A stretch of 63,871 nt of DNA, taken from Gracilinanus agilis. Its lineage: Eukaryota. Under the pieces are notes generated by a model. That model was not told where the DNA came from, did not search any database, and saw only the letters and a list, made by a program, of their open reading frames with translations. The stretch spans positions 36,023,604-36,087,474 of the forward strand of contig NC_058132.1 of assembly GCF_016433145.1 (NCBI RefSeq), read 5' to 3'. Made by a program: the position numbers and the translations under genes. This document shows, one piece after another, positions 51,601 through 62,852 of the stretch (within the stretch, counting starts at the first letter, position 1; every line of letters starts with the position of its first letter).

Positions 51601-54600
51601 GGAGCTGCTTAGTGTTCATGTTGCTTTGGTTTTCACTGTGAAGGATAATGATCTTTGTACTGGAAAAAAGAACAAAAATGGTTGATAGTGAGCTGACATC
51701 AAAGGATAATTGAAAACAATAGTAACTGAACCTCTAAGTTGCCTTTGATAAATTCAGAATGTTTGGCCCAAATGAACTGTATACATCCTTGTGTACTGAA
51801 AAGGAAGGAAGAGAGAAAGCAGGAGAGAGGAAGAACTGCAGGAAGGAAGGAAGAAGAGAGAAGGAAGAAAGTAAGGAAGAAAAGAAGGAAGAAGGGAAGG
51901 AAGAAAGAAAAAAGGAAGAATAAGCATTTAAGCAGTATTTGCTGAATACTGTCTTGTACTAACTGCATGGCAGCACCCTGCTAAGAACAGATATGATTAC
52001 TGTAATATTTCTTTTTCTTTAAAAAAACAACAACGACCCAACCCTTATCTTCCATCTTAAAATCAATACTATGTATTGCTTCTAAGGCAGAAGAGTGGGA
52101 AGGGGTAGGCAATGGGGACTAAGTGACTTGCCCAGAATCACACAGCTAGGAAGTATCTGAGGTCAGATCTGAAACTGGGACTTCTCATCTCCAGGTCTGG
52201 TTCTCAATCCACTAAGCCACCCACCTGCCTCCTTGTCAGTAATATTTCAAAGATCATGGAAAGTGGGAGAGGTACCACAAGACTGGAGAAGAACAAATGT
52301 TATTCTGATGTTCAAAAGAGGGAAGACAAAAGAGTATTAGATTTGGATTCCTGGGAAAATTGTGGAAAGAATCATTAATGAGATGGTTGGGAGATATCTC
52401 AAGGAAAAAGCTGTGAAGACAAGGAGCCAGCAGGGCTTCATCAAGAAGAAGTTATACGATTCCAACCTTTATTTCCTTTTCAGACAGTTATTAAACTATT
52501 ATGAGCAGAGTGATGCCTCACTTGAATTTACCTAGATTTTAGCAGGATTTCTTATAAAGTATCCCATCCTATTCCTGTGGCAGAGACAGAGTAATGGGGA
52601 CAAGACATTAACATGACTGGATGCATTCAGACTGGGTCGGCCACCAGACTCAGTATAAGTGTTGAAAAGGTCTTCAGTGGGGTGCCTCAGGGATTGGCTG
52701 GATTCAAATGAGAAGATATTCTATAGATATCCATGTAAAAGATTACACTTGTGTTAAGAACAATCAGCTTCACAAGTTTACAAGTTGAGGCTCAGCAGGC
52801 AGAACCTAGCAGTAGTTGGTTGAAAAGGATCAGGGTGTCTGAGTATAGTGCACACTGAAAATAAGCTAGAGTATGGGACATGAGGCTACAGAGTGGTAAC
52901 GTCCAGGAATAAAGGTTTGCCAGACTGCATCTCAGATACTATATTCAGTTCTGGGCACTACTGTCTAAGGAATACACTGAAAAACTGGAAATCATCACTA
53001 GTGGAAGGTAACCATCTCAGTGAGGTGTCTTGTGTCCAAGCCATCTGAGCATCAACTAAAGGAACCAGGAACATGGAGCCTGGAGTGAAGAATGTGAGAA
53101 CACATGAGGCACACATCCAAGGACAGGAAAAGCTGTCTTGAGGAGGACTCCTAAACGTGTTTTATCTGACCTGGGATGCTGGAACCAGGAACTATGGTTA
53201 AATGTTGAAAAAAAAAAAGCAGATTTAGACTTTGAACCACAAAGAAACTTCCTAAAAATTGGAGCTATCCCAGAAGAAAAAGGGCTGCCCTGGGAGAGGG
53301 TATGTTCCCTTTCCCTGGAGAACTTTAAGCAAAGGCTGGATGGCCACCATTTTTGGGGATGGGGCCTGAGCATTCCTTTCAGATATGGTTGGACTGATTC
53401 ATGACTTCTCTGGTCCTCCCTAACTCTAAATTCCAAGATTCTGTGATTACCACAAAGCCCCTCAACTCATCAGGGCATCTGTGAGACTGGACAAAACCAC
53501 TAGAGGAAGGAGCATGATATGAAGGCTGGGAGTTTCCTTCTTCAGAGTATCAGTAACTTGTCTTACCCCTCACGCTTCACTTTGTAATTGTGGACAGATG
53601 ACCTTGGGGCAGTTGCCTGTTGCTATGTGGAGCCCTAAATCACAGGAGAAAAGCAGGCCAAGGAGATAGAAGTGGCCAATCCTAGGGAGTGGCAACAACA
53701 AAATAGGCTGGACTTCTTTGGGTGGTATATCTTTAATTTCTTGGCGATGTCTGACAAATTCAGTTATCTAGATACAAGAATTATCTGAAGTATACGGTCA
53801 TCTTTGAAAGGGTAATGCATTATGTTTCTTTTTAAATTCCTGACCTTAATCTGTAAATATATTTATGACAATCCAATTACTGGCTTATTGAGAAATGAGG
53901 AGACTATAGAGTACACAAAACAGAATTCTAAGGAAATGCTTTATATTCCTCCAATATTTCAAGCTTCCTAGGAAAATGGTTACAGAAATTCATCTTTCTA
54001 AAGGACCAACATTCTTACCCAAAATATGATCCATCTAATCCTGAGTCCTCTGAACTCTGTCCAAGATAATGATCAATCAACTTCTCTCTGGAGGTCTTCG
54101 GGGACAAGGAAAAAAACAAACTTAATATCACGGAGGATTCTATACTCAAAACAGAAAAACTATTTTAAAAAACAAACTTTTACCTTCTGTTTTAGAATTC
54201 ATTCTAAGTATCGATTCTAAGGCAGAAGAATGGTAAGGGCTATGCAATGGGGGTTAAGTGATTTGCCCAGGGTCACATAGCTAGGAAATACCTGAGGCCT
54301 CATTTGAACACAGGTCTTTCCAAATCCAGGCCTGGCATTCCATCCCCTGTGCTACCTAGCTGCCCCAGAAAAGCTATGTTGTAAAGACAGCACCACTTAA
54401 TAGCCTGCGGATTCTGAATGGCTCAGTGTCCCTTGTTAACTAGAGAAAGAGTCAGAAATACCAGATGAAAGAAAAGTTTCACTACAATATAGGAATTAAA
54501 ACTAGTCACTTTACTATTAATTTTGTTGGGTTTTTTTTTGCATGACAGTTTGATTATACTTTTTTTTCCCAAGAAACACTTTCATTTAGAAATAATTAAT

Positions 54601-57600
54601 TTTTTTTCCTTTGGAATTTTACTTCCCAAACTTACGATATTGCTCTCATCACTGCAGTTTTCAGGGTCCCCGATGATATTAACTGCTACTAAAGCAACCT
54701 AAAAATAGAAAATCGAAACAACGGAAATTAAACACAGAGGGTATGAGGCATTTTGGTCCCTTCATAACAAACTACCAATTTGTACTTTTTACTGGTCTCT
54801 AAACTACACATAAATGAACATTAAAGAGCTGAATTTCAAAGACTAACTTCTTCATCTACCAAAAGCTAGAATGCTTAATAGAGAAAATGACCTTTAATGC
54901 TGTAGGTTGGACATGAAATAAAATTATATAATTAGAAATGGATTTAATGCACTTCCAACATTTTAATTTCATTGAAGAAAATAAAAATTGAAACACAAAA
55001 TTATAAAAATCTTGGCCTCCACAGTAGCCAGGGAGTAAGATGGACTACTACAATTCTTTCTGCCTTGTCTTTAATGCTAATAATGCACCATTTACATTTT
55101 TAAGCCTTAAGTTCCCATCAGTTGCAGACTTCAATATTGCAAGGATTTGTGACTGAAGTTGTAAGGATCATTCTTCTATCCTGATTATGCCTCTGGGCAT
55201 TGGTGTAGCTGAAAAACCCCTCACCTGGTGGTCTCCCCAACAGTGAAAAGCTGGTAATTTTGCTAAGCTGGTCCTTGAATGACACTCATCCCATGGTTGG
55301 GCCCTGACTCAAAGTATTTCCAAATTGGGAGGTGGCCCTGCCAGGGCTTGCACTTTGTGGGCACAGTCTTTGAGAATGTAGGGTAACTTCCAGACCATAT
55401 CAATTCCATAAGTATTTTACAGAGAAAAGCAACAGAAGGGGCTGCTAGGTGGTTCAGTGGAAGGAAAGCCAGGTCTGGAGATGGGAGGTCCTGAGTTCAA
55501 ATCCAACCTCAGACACTTCCTAGCTGGGTGACCCTGGCTGAGGCACTTAATACCTAGCCCTTAGCACTCTTTTTGCCTTGGAACTGAAAAAGAAAAGAAA
55601 TAGAAATGAAGAACCTAGAACTTTACTAATTATTTGGAAATGTGTGGATAAAACTTGCTAAAACTGCTAGTTCAAATATGGGAAATTTTAAAGCACCTAT
55701 GAAAATGGTTAAGCATTCAAAGCATGTCTACAAGTCAGAGGGAACCACTGAAGGGAATCACAAACAGTCCTGATTCCCGGGAGACCATTGTCAGTGCTTT
55801 GGATGTAGCAAAACCTGATGCTTTTAGTTTCTTGCTGTGGAGCTTGGTGAGGGAGAACCAGTGAACCATGGTTTACATTTTCTGGCTCAATTGAGTTCTC
55901 CTACACAGTTACAGCCCCAAACCTTTGATCAATGGGTTTTGGAAGTCTGTGTGCGTGCCACTATGCCAAGAAGGTGTGGCAACTCTTTGCAATCATTTAG
56001 TCCCAAGGCTGAGTAAAAATCCATTTCTATCATTACTTTGCAAGAGAGGAAACTGTTAAGAACGGGAAATCAGAGGTTCTATGAGGATTTGAGTACAACC
56101 TATCATTTACAAATAATGCTTTCAATTTTTTAACAAGGCCGTCATTTCATACGAGTTTGGTGAAGTTTAAATCCAGTCTTAGAGTCTTTTAGGAAAGATG
56201 CTATGCTTAGGGAAAAACTGGAAGAGTATGCTTTGAAAATGAAATCATACCTTTCTCTAAAGATAAGAATAGTTATTAGCAGAAGATGTGCAAACTATTA
56301 ATAACCATATTAAAGAAGGCTCCAATTCGCCAAACAACAAGAGAAATGCAAATCATAACAGCCACAAGGTTTTATTTCACACCCAGCAAATGAATAGATG
56401 ACAGAAGTTGGGAATAGTCAGTGTAGAAGGAACTGGGGGGAAGATAGGCACCCTGGTGGTGTGGCTGGCAGAGCTATGATTCAGCAATGACCACTGTGGA
56501 GAACAGGCGGGAATTAGGCAATGAAAGTGACCAAAACGTGTAGATCCTCGGACTCCAAGATCTCATTATTAGGCATATGCCCATCCTCATCCCCAAAGGT
56601 CATAGACAAGAAGAAAGGCTACCACACTCCAAATATTTATAGCTAGCAACACTTTTTGTGGTAGCAAAGAACTGTAAATAAAGCTAAGCTTCTTGCTAAA
56701 CAAACTGTGATATATGAATGTAATGGAATATTATGGTGCTCTAAGAAATGATGAACATGATTTTTTAATATGGAGAACCATGAAGACTTAAAGGTACTGA
56801 TGCACAGTGCAGAAAGAAGAGCTAAAAAGAACAAAACAATAGACAAAGACTCCAACAATGTAAATGGAAAAAACCTAAGCAAAACAGCATCACAAAACAA
56901 TCCAAAGTGAATGCAGCAAAATTTCAAGGAATAAGCATGGCCCCAAAGAGAAGACTGGGGAAGATACTCTATCCCACTTCTCAGCAGAAGAGGGAGAGCC
57001 ATGGTTGTGGAACACAGCACATTTTCAGACTTTTGTGGTATAAAGATCAGTTTTTTTTAATTATTTTTTTTTTAAACTCTAAACTTCTGTGTATTGGCTC
57101 CTAGGCGGAAGAGTGGTAAGGGTGGGCAATGGGGGTCAAGTGACTTGCCCAGGGTCACACAGCTGGGAAGTGTCTGAGGCCAGCTTTGAACCTAGGACCT
57201 CCCATCTCTAAGCCTGACTCTCAATCCACTGAGCTACCCAGCTGCCCCTATTGATCAGTTTTGCTTATTTTTTTTCTCTTCTAATTTTTTCTTTTAACAA
57301 TATTATTTGTAGGGGCAGCTAAGTGGCTCAGTGGATAGAGCACTAGGACTGGAGTTAGAAGGAAGTGGGTTCAAATCTGACCTCAGACATTTCCTAGCTA
57401 TGTGACTCTAAGCAAGTCACTCAGTCCCATTTGCCTAGTCCTTGCCCTTCTGTCTGGGTTAAGTTTTTTTTTTCCTGTGGGAAGGTTCTTTGGGGGGGGG
57501 GGGAGAAGGAAAGATACTTGGGAGATATTTTGATGATGTGAAAACAAGATATCAAAAATGTATTCTTAAAAAAGAAAATGAAATCACAATATTTGACTAG

Positions 57601-59974
57601 ACTAGACAAAACATTTTAAAAGAGTGCTACAACTAATGGGGAAGGTTGATTAATCTTACCTGGTTATATAAGTTGTATCTATTGACATGGTTTTTATGAA
57701 AAATCAACTTGAGAAATTGTCCTACAGCATCCACATAAACTGATTTTAGTTCTCGAGCCTTACATCCTGTTTTTTCATTGTCGCAGAGAGACACATAACT
57801 GCAAGGACCAAGCAAAATTAAAGAATTTTATGTCTATAAGCATGTGCAATTAAGTAAATTGTTCCTTCATTCCTACTGGATAGTTATATTGAAAAAAAAA
57901 AAAAAAACAAAAACCAACCCACCACTACCCAATACAGAGAAAACTGGTGAAAAAAAGAATTGCCCCATAATGAGTGGCTGAATTATTATCTGGAGCAATA
58001 TACTTCTTCGAAGGGAAAAAGCTCTGTATCTAAAAAGCCAAATGAGAACTAGTAATAAAAGTTACCATAGTGATGTGGTTTAAATCTTTTAACACTGTAT
58101 GCAAATAAACTAACAATGTTATGTCAACATGATCCTAGTTGGCAGTTTACACTGAGAGTTGATCTATATTTTATGAAGCGCTGGGAATACATTCTTGACT
58201 GATAATTCAACTTTTAGGAATTATGTTCTTTCTATATCCACAGCTATTGCCCAGTTATGAATGATTAGGCAATGAATTGTGAAGCTAAACCAAACTATTT
58301 CCTTTGATTATTAAAGCCACACAAAACTGGTACTGAAGCTCTATTTCCAAGAAATTATGCAAATTTTGACCCAGGTAGAAATTTAGATCACAAGACTGAC
58401 TAAAGTTAAGAATTAACTTTGTACTTTCATTCTTACCCAAGCCTTCGAAATCGCTCTGCTTGATATGGTGCAAAATATTCAGGCAAACTGTCGCTAATAT
58501 AAAACTCGATTTTACTGGAAATCATATACTGGTGAGCAAGTAATTGAAGTTTTCGAACTCGGCATCTCTCCACCATCTGAAGGACAATTTCTTGAGGAAA
58601 CTGGCAAAATCTGAAAGAGAATAAATTTCTCCAAATTAAGTTTGTATTTACAAACCTGGCCTCTAGATGTCATTTAACATGAGTCTTTCTTAATTTCAAA
58701 TTTCTAGTGAAACATTTTGAAATCATTTTGTGAAGATATCTGCTTCCTAACTAAGCAAAAATGTGATGGGATCGAAAGATTCCAACCAGAAGTGAATGCT
58801 CTGTAACAGATGCCATGAGGACTGGATGAAGGAATTGAGTATTGTTAGCCCAAAGAAGATGAGATCAGGTGGGGACATGAAGAATCTGAGAGGCTATTTC
58901 CATGGAAGAAAGGTTAGACTTATTCTTGGGGGAAGGCCAAAATAGGAGCAATCTGAAAAATCCAAAAAAAGACAACAGCGTTTGTACCCCTTAGGACAGC
59001 TCTCCTGAACCTGCAGACATAGAGTTAACTCTGCCCTGATCTTGGGAGACTTTATTGAAGAATACTTTCCTCTGCTTTCCTGAGATGTGCTTGACCTAAG
59101 GGAATTGTCTTGTGTTGAAATCAGGGGGCCACTGGGACATACTCAGTTATAAACAAGAAGTACACATTTTACATGGGGTAAGTGGCCTAGAGCAGCACTG
59201 GTGAACCTTTTAGAGATCACACGTCCAAACTGCAACTTCAAGCCAACTTGTGAGCCCCCCACACTACCCCAGAGAGTGGGGGGAAGAAGTGCTGGCATTG
59301 GGTGGCTGGACAGAAGGGCAGGACATGTAACAAGTGTCCTCGGGGGAGAGGGGGAGGGGAGCAGCCCCCCCTCCAAGGCCACCATGGCTTCGCCAACATG
59401 GGTCTAGAGTCAAAGCAAGTCTAGGTACTTCCCACCTTAAGAACAGATCATTTCACCTTACAAAACACATAAGCAGAGATCTCTGACGTTATCAAGATTA
59501 GTCCTTCACTTAGTAGAGCCTCTTATGTATAGAAGTAACTTTAATAACCCATAAGTAAGTCCTGAACTGAAAACTAAATTATTGGCTATTCATTTGGCTC
59601 TTGTCAACAGTAAGCCAAAGTAAGTGACAATCTCTAATTTAGCCTGCGTTTAACATGTACCCATCGAAGGCACTGGGGGTCCAAATACAGAGATGACAGA
59701 CTCTATGCTCAGGGAATTCGTAATTTAATGGAGGCGAGAAAGGAACACAAAGAATTTATGACACAAGGAAATAGGGGCTAAGTAAGAGCAAGAGTGCCTC
59801 AGTGGATAGAGAACCAGGCCTAGTAGAGATAGGAGGTCCTGGGTTCAAATCTGGTTTCAGACACTTCCTAGCTGTGTGACCCTGGTAAGTCACTTAACCC
59901 CTATTGCCTAGCCTTTACCACACTTCTGCCTTGGAACCATTACATAGTATTGATTCTAAGATGGAAGGTAAGTG

Positions 59975-60009
<35 letters not shown>

Positions 60010-61847
60010 TGGTACTAAAACACCCATAGCTCTGGGCTGTCAGCTGGGGGAGGGGTCTCTTTTCACTGATGTAGATGACAACTCCCAGATGTCTTCGGAG
60101 ATAGTCTTCCTATGCTGGTGTGGCAGCAACAATCATCACCATATGGCTACCTTTCTGGTTCCCACCGACAGTTACAATCCCTCTCAGTTGACCAGATCTA
60201 GATTGAGGCTTGGTGGGAACAATGAAAGTGGAGGCTACAATGACAATAGTCTTTAAGAGTCCGAGGTCCTCTTGTAAAAAATGCCAGAGGCTTTAAAAGA
60301 AGGAATGCCCTTTGATTCAGCAATATCACTACTGGGTTTGTATCCCAGAGATTTTTAAAAAATGGGAAAGGTTCTGTTTGCACAAAAGTATTTATAGCTG
60401 TGTTTTTTGTGGTGGCAAAAAATTGGAAAATGTGGGGTTGTCCCTCCATTGAGGAATGGTTGAACAAATTGTGGTATATGATGGTGATGGAATACTATTG
60501 TGCTGCAGGGAATGATGAACTGCTTGATTCCTTTCTAAAAAAATTTTATTATTATTATTTTTAGAATATTTTTCCATGGTTACATGATTCATGTTCTTTC
60601 CCTCTCCACCACCTCCTCACCCCCCCCATAGCCGATGCACAATTCCACTGAGTTTTACATGTGTCATTGATCAAGGCCCATTTTCATATTATTGATATTT
60701 GCATGGGGGTGATCATTTAGTGTCTACATCCCCAAGGGTATCCCATCAACCCATGTGTTCAAACTGAACTGCTTGATTTCTATCTGGAATGACCTACATG
60801 AAGTAACGCGGAGTGAAATAAGCGGAACCAGGAGAACATTACTGTGATACTGTGGGATGATCAAATGTGATTGACTTTACTACTAATAGCAATGCAATGA
60901 TCCAGTACAACTCTGAGGGACTTATGAGAAAGAACATTCTCCACATCAAGAGAAAGAACTGTGGGAGTAGAAATCCAGAAGAAAACACATGATTTCTCTT
61001 GTTTATATGATCTGAGGTTTTGGTTTTAAAGCTTACTCTCACAAATGAATAATATGGAAATAGGATTTGGGTGATAATATATATAAAACCCAGTGAAATT
61101 GCTTGTCAACTCCAGGAGAGGGGAGGGAAGAGAGGAGGAAGGCAATTAGAATCATGTAACTATGGAAAAATTTTTTTTAAATGTCAGAGGAAGACTTCAG
61201 TGAGTGACAAAAAAGATTTAACTTTAAAAAAGTTAACTTGTACTCAACTTTTTAACATAACATATACTTGCATGAATCATTTTAACATGTCAAAAACAGT
61301 AATTTCCACTCAGATTTGGAAAATAAATCTTCCTCTGATATAACAAAAGTAGTCAAGCACACTCAAGAATATGGAAGAGGCCACATGGTACAATGAGGCA
61401 TCAGAATCAGGACCCTTTTCTTGAAGAAAATGTAACACAGAGAATGGACTTCAGATTTTAGAAACAGATTGAAGTCAGAGGTTTGAGACATTTTATATAA
61501 GTTTCAAGACAGAGATATGGGTGTCACTTCAAGGTGGTCAGATTATAATGAGCTAAATTGTAGAAGAAGTGGGTTTTATGACCACTTTACACTTCTGATC
61601 ATTTGATTTACAATGAAACCAAGGACCTAGAATTCAAGGAAACATACATTGTCCCCGAGGGACACAATGTTGTTACCTCACCCTCCATTTCCTTTTAATT
61701 CATTCATTCATATTTATCTTGTATTTATTTTTACCTTGGTGATCTCCATCCATTAACAGTTGGTGCATGGACCATTAATTCTTTTGCATTGAAACCATCT
61801 TCATGTCCAGATGAACTGACGACTACAAACCCAATCTTGTGTGGCAT
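24568..61847 (-). CDS. CEP104: Centrosomal protein 104, 21 coding exons, 2787 nt, 928 aa
   Basis: [19 protein letters not shown] start, jelly-roll N-terminus, coiled coil, TOG domain, four C2HC zinc fingers, C-terminal SKIP (SxIP) motif and ...SRPYTKR-stop; exon sizes sum to an intact frame. Confidence 0.98.
25385..25520. repeat. (CT)n-rich polypyrimidine/polypurine tract in the last CEP104 intron
   Basis: ctctctctct...ccctctccctctctctgtctccctctctc. Confidence 0.85.
25864..25954 (-). CDS. CEP104: CEP104 coding exon 20 (91 nt)
   Basis: [30 protein letters not shown](G). Confidence 0.95.
28190..28400 (-). mobile_element. CORE-SINE (MAR1_Mdo-like)
   Basis: Full reverse copy. Confidence 0.88.
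29155..29222 (-). CDS. CEP104: CEP104 coding exon 19 (68 nt)
   Basis: (P)[22 protein letters not shown]; gtaagg donor. Confidence 0.95.
29470..29670 (-). mobile_element. CORE-SINE, diverged
   Basis: gtattggttctaaggcagaa...gacttgcccag.gtcac...ctcaatccactgagccac. Confidence 0.8.
29700..29838 (-). CDS. CEP104: CEP104 coding exon 18 (139 nt, zinc fingers)
   Basis: [46 protein letters not shown]; C|gtacgt. Confidence 0.96.
31897..32005 (-). CDS. CEP104: CEP104 coding exon 17 (109 nt, zinc fingers)
   Basis: [36 protein letters not shown]. Confidence 0.96.
32634..32826 (+). mobile_element. hAT/Charlie-type MITE, 193 bp
   Basis: TIRs cagtggttcccaaa / tttgggaatcactt; perfect 8-bp TSD cactaaag. Confidence 0.92.
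33847..33928 (-). CDS. CEP104: CEP104 coding exon 16 (82 nt)
   Basis: (D)[26 protein letters not shown](Y); catttctgcag acceptor, gtgagt donor. Confidence 0.88.
34097..34296 (-). mobile_element. Young SINE1_Mdo-type SINE
   Basis: aaacccttaacttctgtgtattggctcataggtg...gagctacccagctgccccc. Confidence 0.92.
34400..34436 (-). CDS. CEP104: CEP104 coding exon 15 (37 nt)
   Basis: [12 protein letters not shown]+G; long U-tract acceptor, G|gtgtgt donor; supplies the phase needed by the next exon. Confidence 0.9.
35000..35930 (+). mobile_element. L1 ORF2 fragment (endonuclease-to-RT linker and RT start), antisense in a CEP104 intron
   Basis: GILPNSFYD...[17 protein letters not shown]...IIHHDQTG; frameshifted and with stops. 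Confidence 0.92.
36240..36420 (+). mobile_element. CORE-SINE (MAR1_Mdo-like)
   Basis: ctgggttcaaatctggcctcagacacttcctagctgg...ctcttctgccttgg. Confidence 0.88.
36674..36787 (-). CDS. CEP104: CEP104 coding exon 14 (114 nt, coiled coil)
   Basis: [38 protein letters not shown]; AAG|gtcagt. Confidence 0.9.
37520..37723 (-). CDS. CEP104: CEP104 coding exon 13 (204 nt, TOG)
   Basis: [68 protein letters not shown]; gtcagt donor. Confidence 0.95.
38411..38587 (-). CDS. CEP104: CEP104 coding exon 12 (177 nt, TOG)
   Basis: [59 protein letters not shown]. Confidence 0.96.
39300..39800 (-). mobile_element. L2 fragment
   Basis: Purine-rich + strand with L2-like aacttggtaactgattggatgtggg tract. Confidence 0.55.
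40400..40585 (-). mobile_element. CORE-SINE
   Basis: Reverse copy. Confidence 0.85.
41558..41755 (+). mobile_element. CORE-SINE (MAR1_Mdo-like)
   Basis: Forward full copy with A-tail. Confidence 0.9.
42509..42682 (-). CDS. CEP104: CEP104 coding exon 11 (174 nt, TOG)
   Basis: [58 protein letters not shown]. Confidence 0.96.
43348..43890. mobile_element. Two CORE-SINEs in opposite orientation (43348..43500 +, 43705..43890 -)
   Basis: Recognisable heads and tails. Confidence 0.8.
44093..44260 (-). CDS. CEP104: CEP104 coding exon 10 (168 nt, TOG)
   Basis: [56 protein letters not shown]; gtaagt donor. Confidence 0.96.
44904..45095 (-). CDS. CEP104: CEP104 coding exon 9 (192 nt)
   Basis: [17 protein letters not shown]...[25 protein letters not shown]. 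Confidence 0.95.
45625..45825 (-). mobile_element. CORE-SINE
   Basis: Reverse copy. Confidence 0.85.
46615..46795 (-). mobile_element. CORE-SINE
   Basis: Reverse copy. Confidence 0.82.
47059..47277 (-). CDS. CEP104: CEP104 coding exon 8 (219 nt, divergent linker)
   Basis: [22 protein letters not shown]...DPLSKIN; ctcttggtag acceptor, gtgagt donor; phase 0/0. Confidence 0.9.
47809..47964 (-). CDS. CEP104: CEP104 coding exon 7 (156 nt)
   Basis: [52 protein letters not shown]; gtgagc donor. Confidence 0.96.
49162..49330 (-). CDS. CEP104: CEP104 coding exon 6 (169 nt)
   Basis: [56 protein letters not shown]. Confidence 0.96.
49960..53448 (+). mobile_element. Long CR1/L3 LINE relic (ORF1 esterase remnant, ORF2 remnants, 3' ATTCTGTG end), interrupted by a GA-rich tract (51800..51920) and a SINE (52030..52230 -)
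   Basis: [15 protein letters not shown] (CR1 IHVGTND-like), [18 protein letters not shown] (CR1 ORF2 DMEKAEVLN.FFASVFT-like), terminal gattctgtgatt. Confidence 0.82.
54019..54095 (-). CDS. CEP104: CEP104 coding exon 5 (77 nt)
   Basis: [25 protein letters not shown](G); gtaaga donor. Confidence 0.93.
54165..54367 (-). mobile_element. CORE-SINE
   Basis: Reverse copy between CEP104 coding exons 4 and 5. Confidence 0.85.
54636..54698 (-). CDS. CEP104: CEP104 coding exon 4 (63 nt)
   Basis: [21 protein letters not shown]; ttttag acceptor, gtaagt donor. Confidence 0.94.
55438..55590 (+). mobile_element. CORE-SINE
   Basis: Forward copy. Confidence 0.85.
56280..57030 (+). mobile_element. Degraded L1 3' fragment
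   Basis: gagaaatgcaaatc..., gcaacactttttgtggtagcaaaga, atggaatattatggtgctctaagaaatgatgaa. Confidence 0.7.
57051..57248 (-). mobile_element. Young SINE1_Mdo-type SINE with TSD gatcagtttt
   Basis: Near-consensus; gatcagtttt at 57045 and 57253. Confidence 0.93.
57312..57470 (+). mobile_element. CORE-SINE, head-to-head with the previous one
   Basis: ggggcagctaagtggctcagtggatagag... Confidence 0.85.
57660..57798 (-). CDS. CEP104: CEP104 coding exon 3 (139 nt)
   Basis: [46 protein letters not shown]; CAG|gtaaga. Confidence 0.96.
58437..58610 (-). CDS. CEP104: CEP104 coding exon 2 (174 nt)
   Basis: [57 protein letters not shown]; ttttcag-type acceptor, GG|gtaaga. Confidence 0.96.
59193..59401 (+). 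mobile_element. hAT MITE, OposCharlie1/OC1-like
   Basis: Ends cagcactggtgaacctttt / ggcttcgccaacatgg resemble a CAGTGATGGCGAACC TIR; 8-bp TSD gcctagag/gtctagag. Confidence 0.75.
59780..60007 (+). mobile_element. CORE-SINE with a long A-tail
   Basis: Full copy with about 30 A. Confidence 0.9.
60200..61180 (+). mobile_element. L1 3' end, with an inserted reverse L1 3' fragment at about 60530..60760
   Basis: gcaatatcactactgggtttgtatccc, gaatggttgaacaaattgtggtatatg, aagcggaaccaggagaaca. Confidence 0.75.
61735..61847 (-). CDS. CEP104: CEP104 first coding exon (113 nt CDS; exon starts at 61861 with 14 nt of UTR)
   Basis: [37 protein letters not shown](R); acceptor tttatgaacag, donor AG|gtaaaa. 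Confidence 0.95.
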
Positions 61848-62852
61848 TCTGTACGGTTGGGCTGTTCATAAAAAAAGGTAAGATTTTTTTTTAAAGTAAA
61901 AGAACTCATAGAAATATCAGAATTATTACAGAAATTGTTATTAATTCCTTTCATATTTATTTTAGACATGTTCAGGAAAACAAAATTTAAGTAATTCTTA
62001 ATTAATACTTAATCAAGCAATTACTTTTCTTTAAAATAATTTCAAATTTTTATCTTTTCATCTATTTCTGTAGACACCTTTAATTTTAGCAGACAAAGTA
62101 GCATTCATTTTTACTTTATCTTTTCTAAAATTGAAAAAGTTACACAGATTATGTAAGGAGAAAAGGTAATTTTAATCAATAGGCCAATTAACAATGAAAA
62201 AATGAGAGGGAAGAAAATAAATGAGTCAACCAGAATTTTATTCTAAAAATTTGTTGAACTTAATTTTACTAAACTATAATTATTCAATTTTTAGGTTGAT
62301 GTCATTATTTGGAGGGTAAAGAAGCATTCATGAGTAAATCTCATCACAGACAGTAAAATTTAAATCTAGATTCTTCCTAGGCATGAAGCCCAGACTGCTA
62401 GACTTGGAGACAGGAAGAGACCTTCAAATTTAGCCTCTAAAACACTTTTTAATTTTGTGTTTTGCCCATGATTGCTTAGCAGACTCAACTTCCTCACCTG
62501 TAAAATGGGAATAACCCTCATAATCCCTTCTTCAGAGAATTGTGGGGCTTAAATGAGGTCACGTAAGTCAAGACCTGTTCAAACATTAACAAGCTCTGGA
62601 AATGGCAGCTATTACAGTTGTCCTTGTTAGCTCTGGGAACTTCACTTGGCCAAGCCTGTTTCTTTATCTGTGAAATGGCTTTACTATTGCCCGTTCTACC
62701 TACTTTACAGGTAGTTGTAAGGATCAAGCAGTGTATATTCAAGTGCTTTGTAGATTGCAAAGCACGGTGTAAGTGCAATCTAATTGTAATCTGATGCTGC
62801 TGATGCTTATTGGACTTTATGAATACTAGGAAATGAAAAAAGGCTGCAAACC

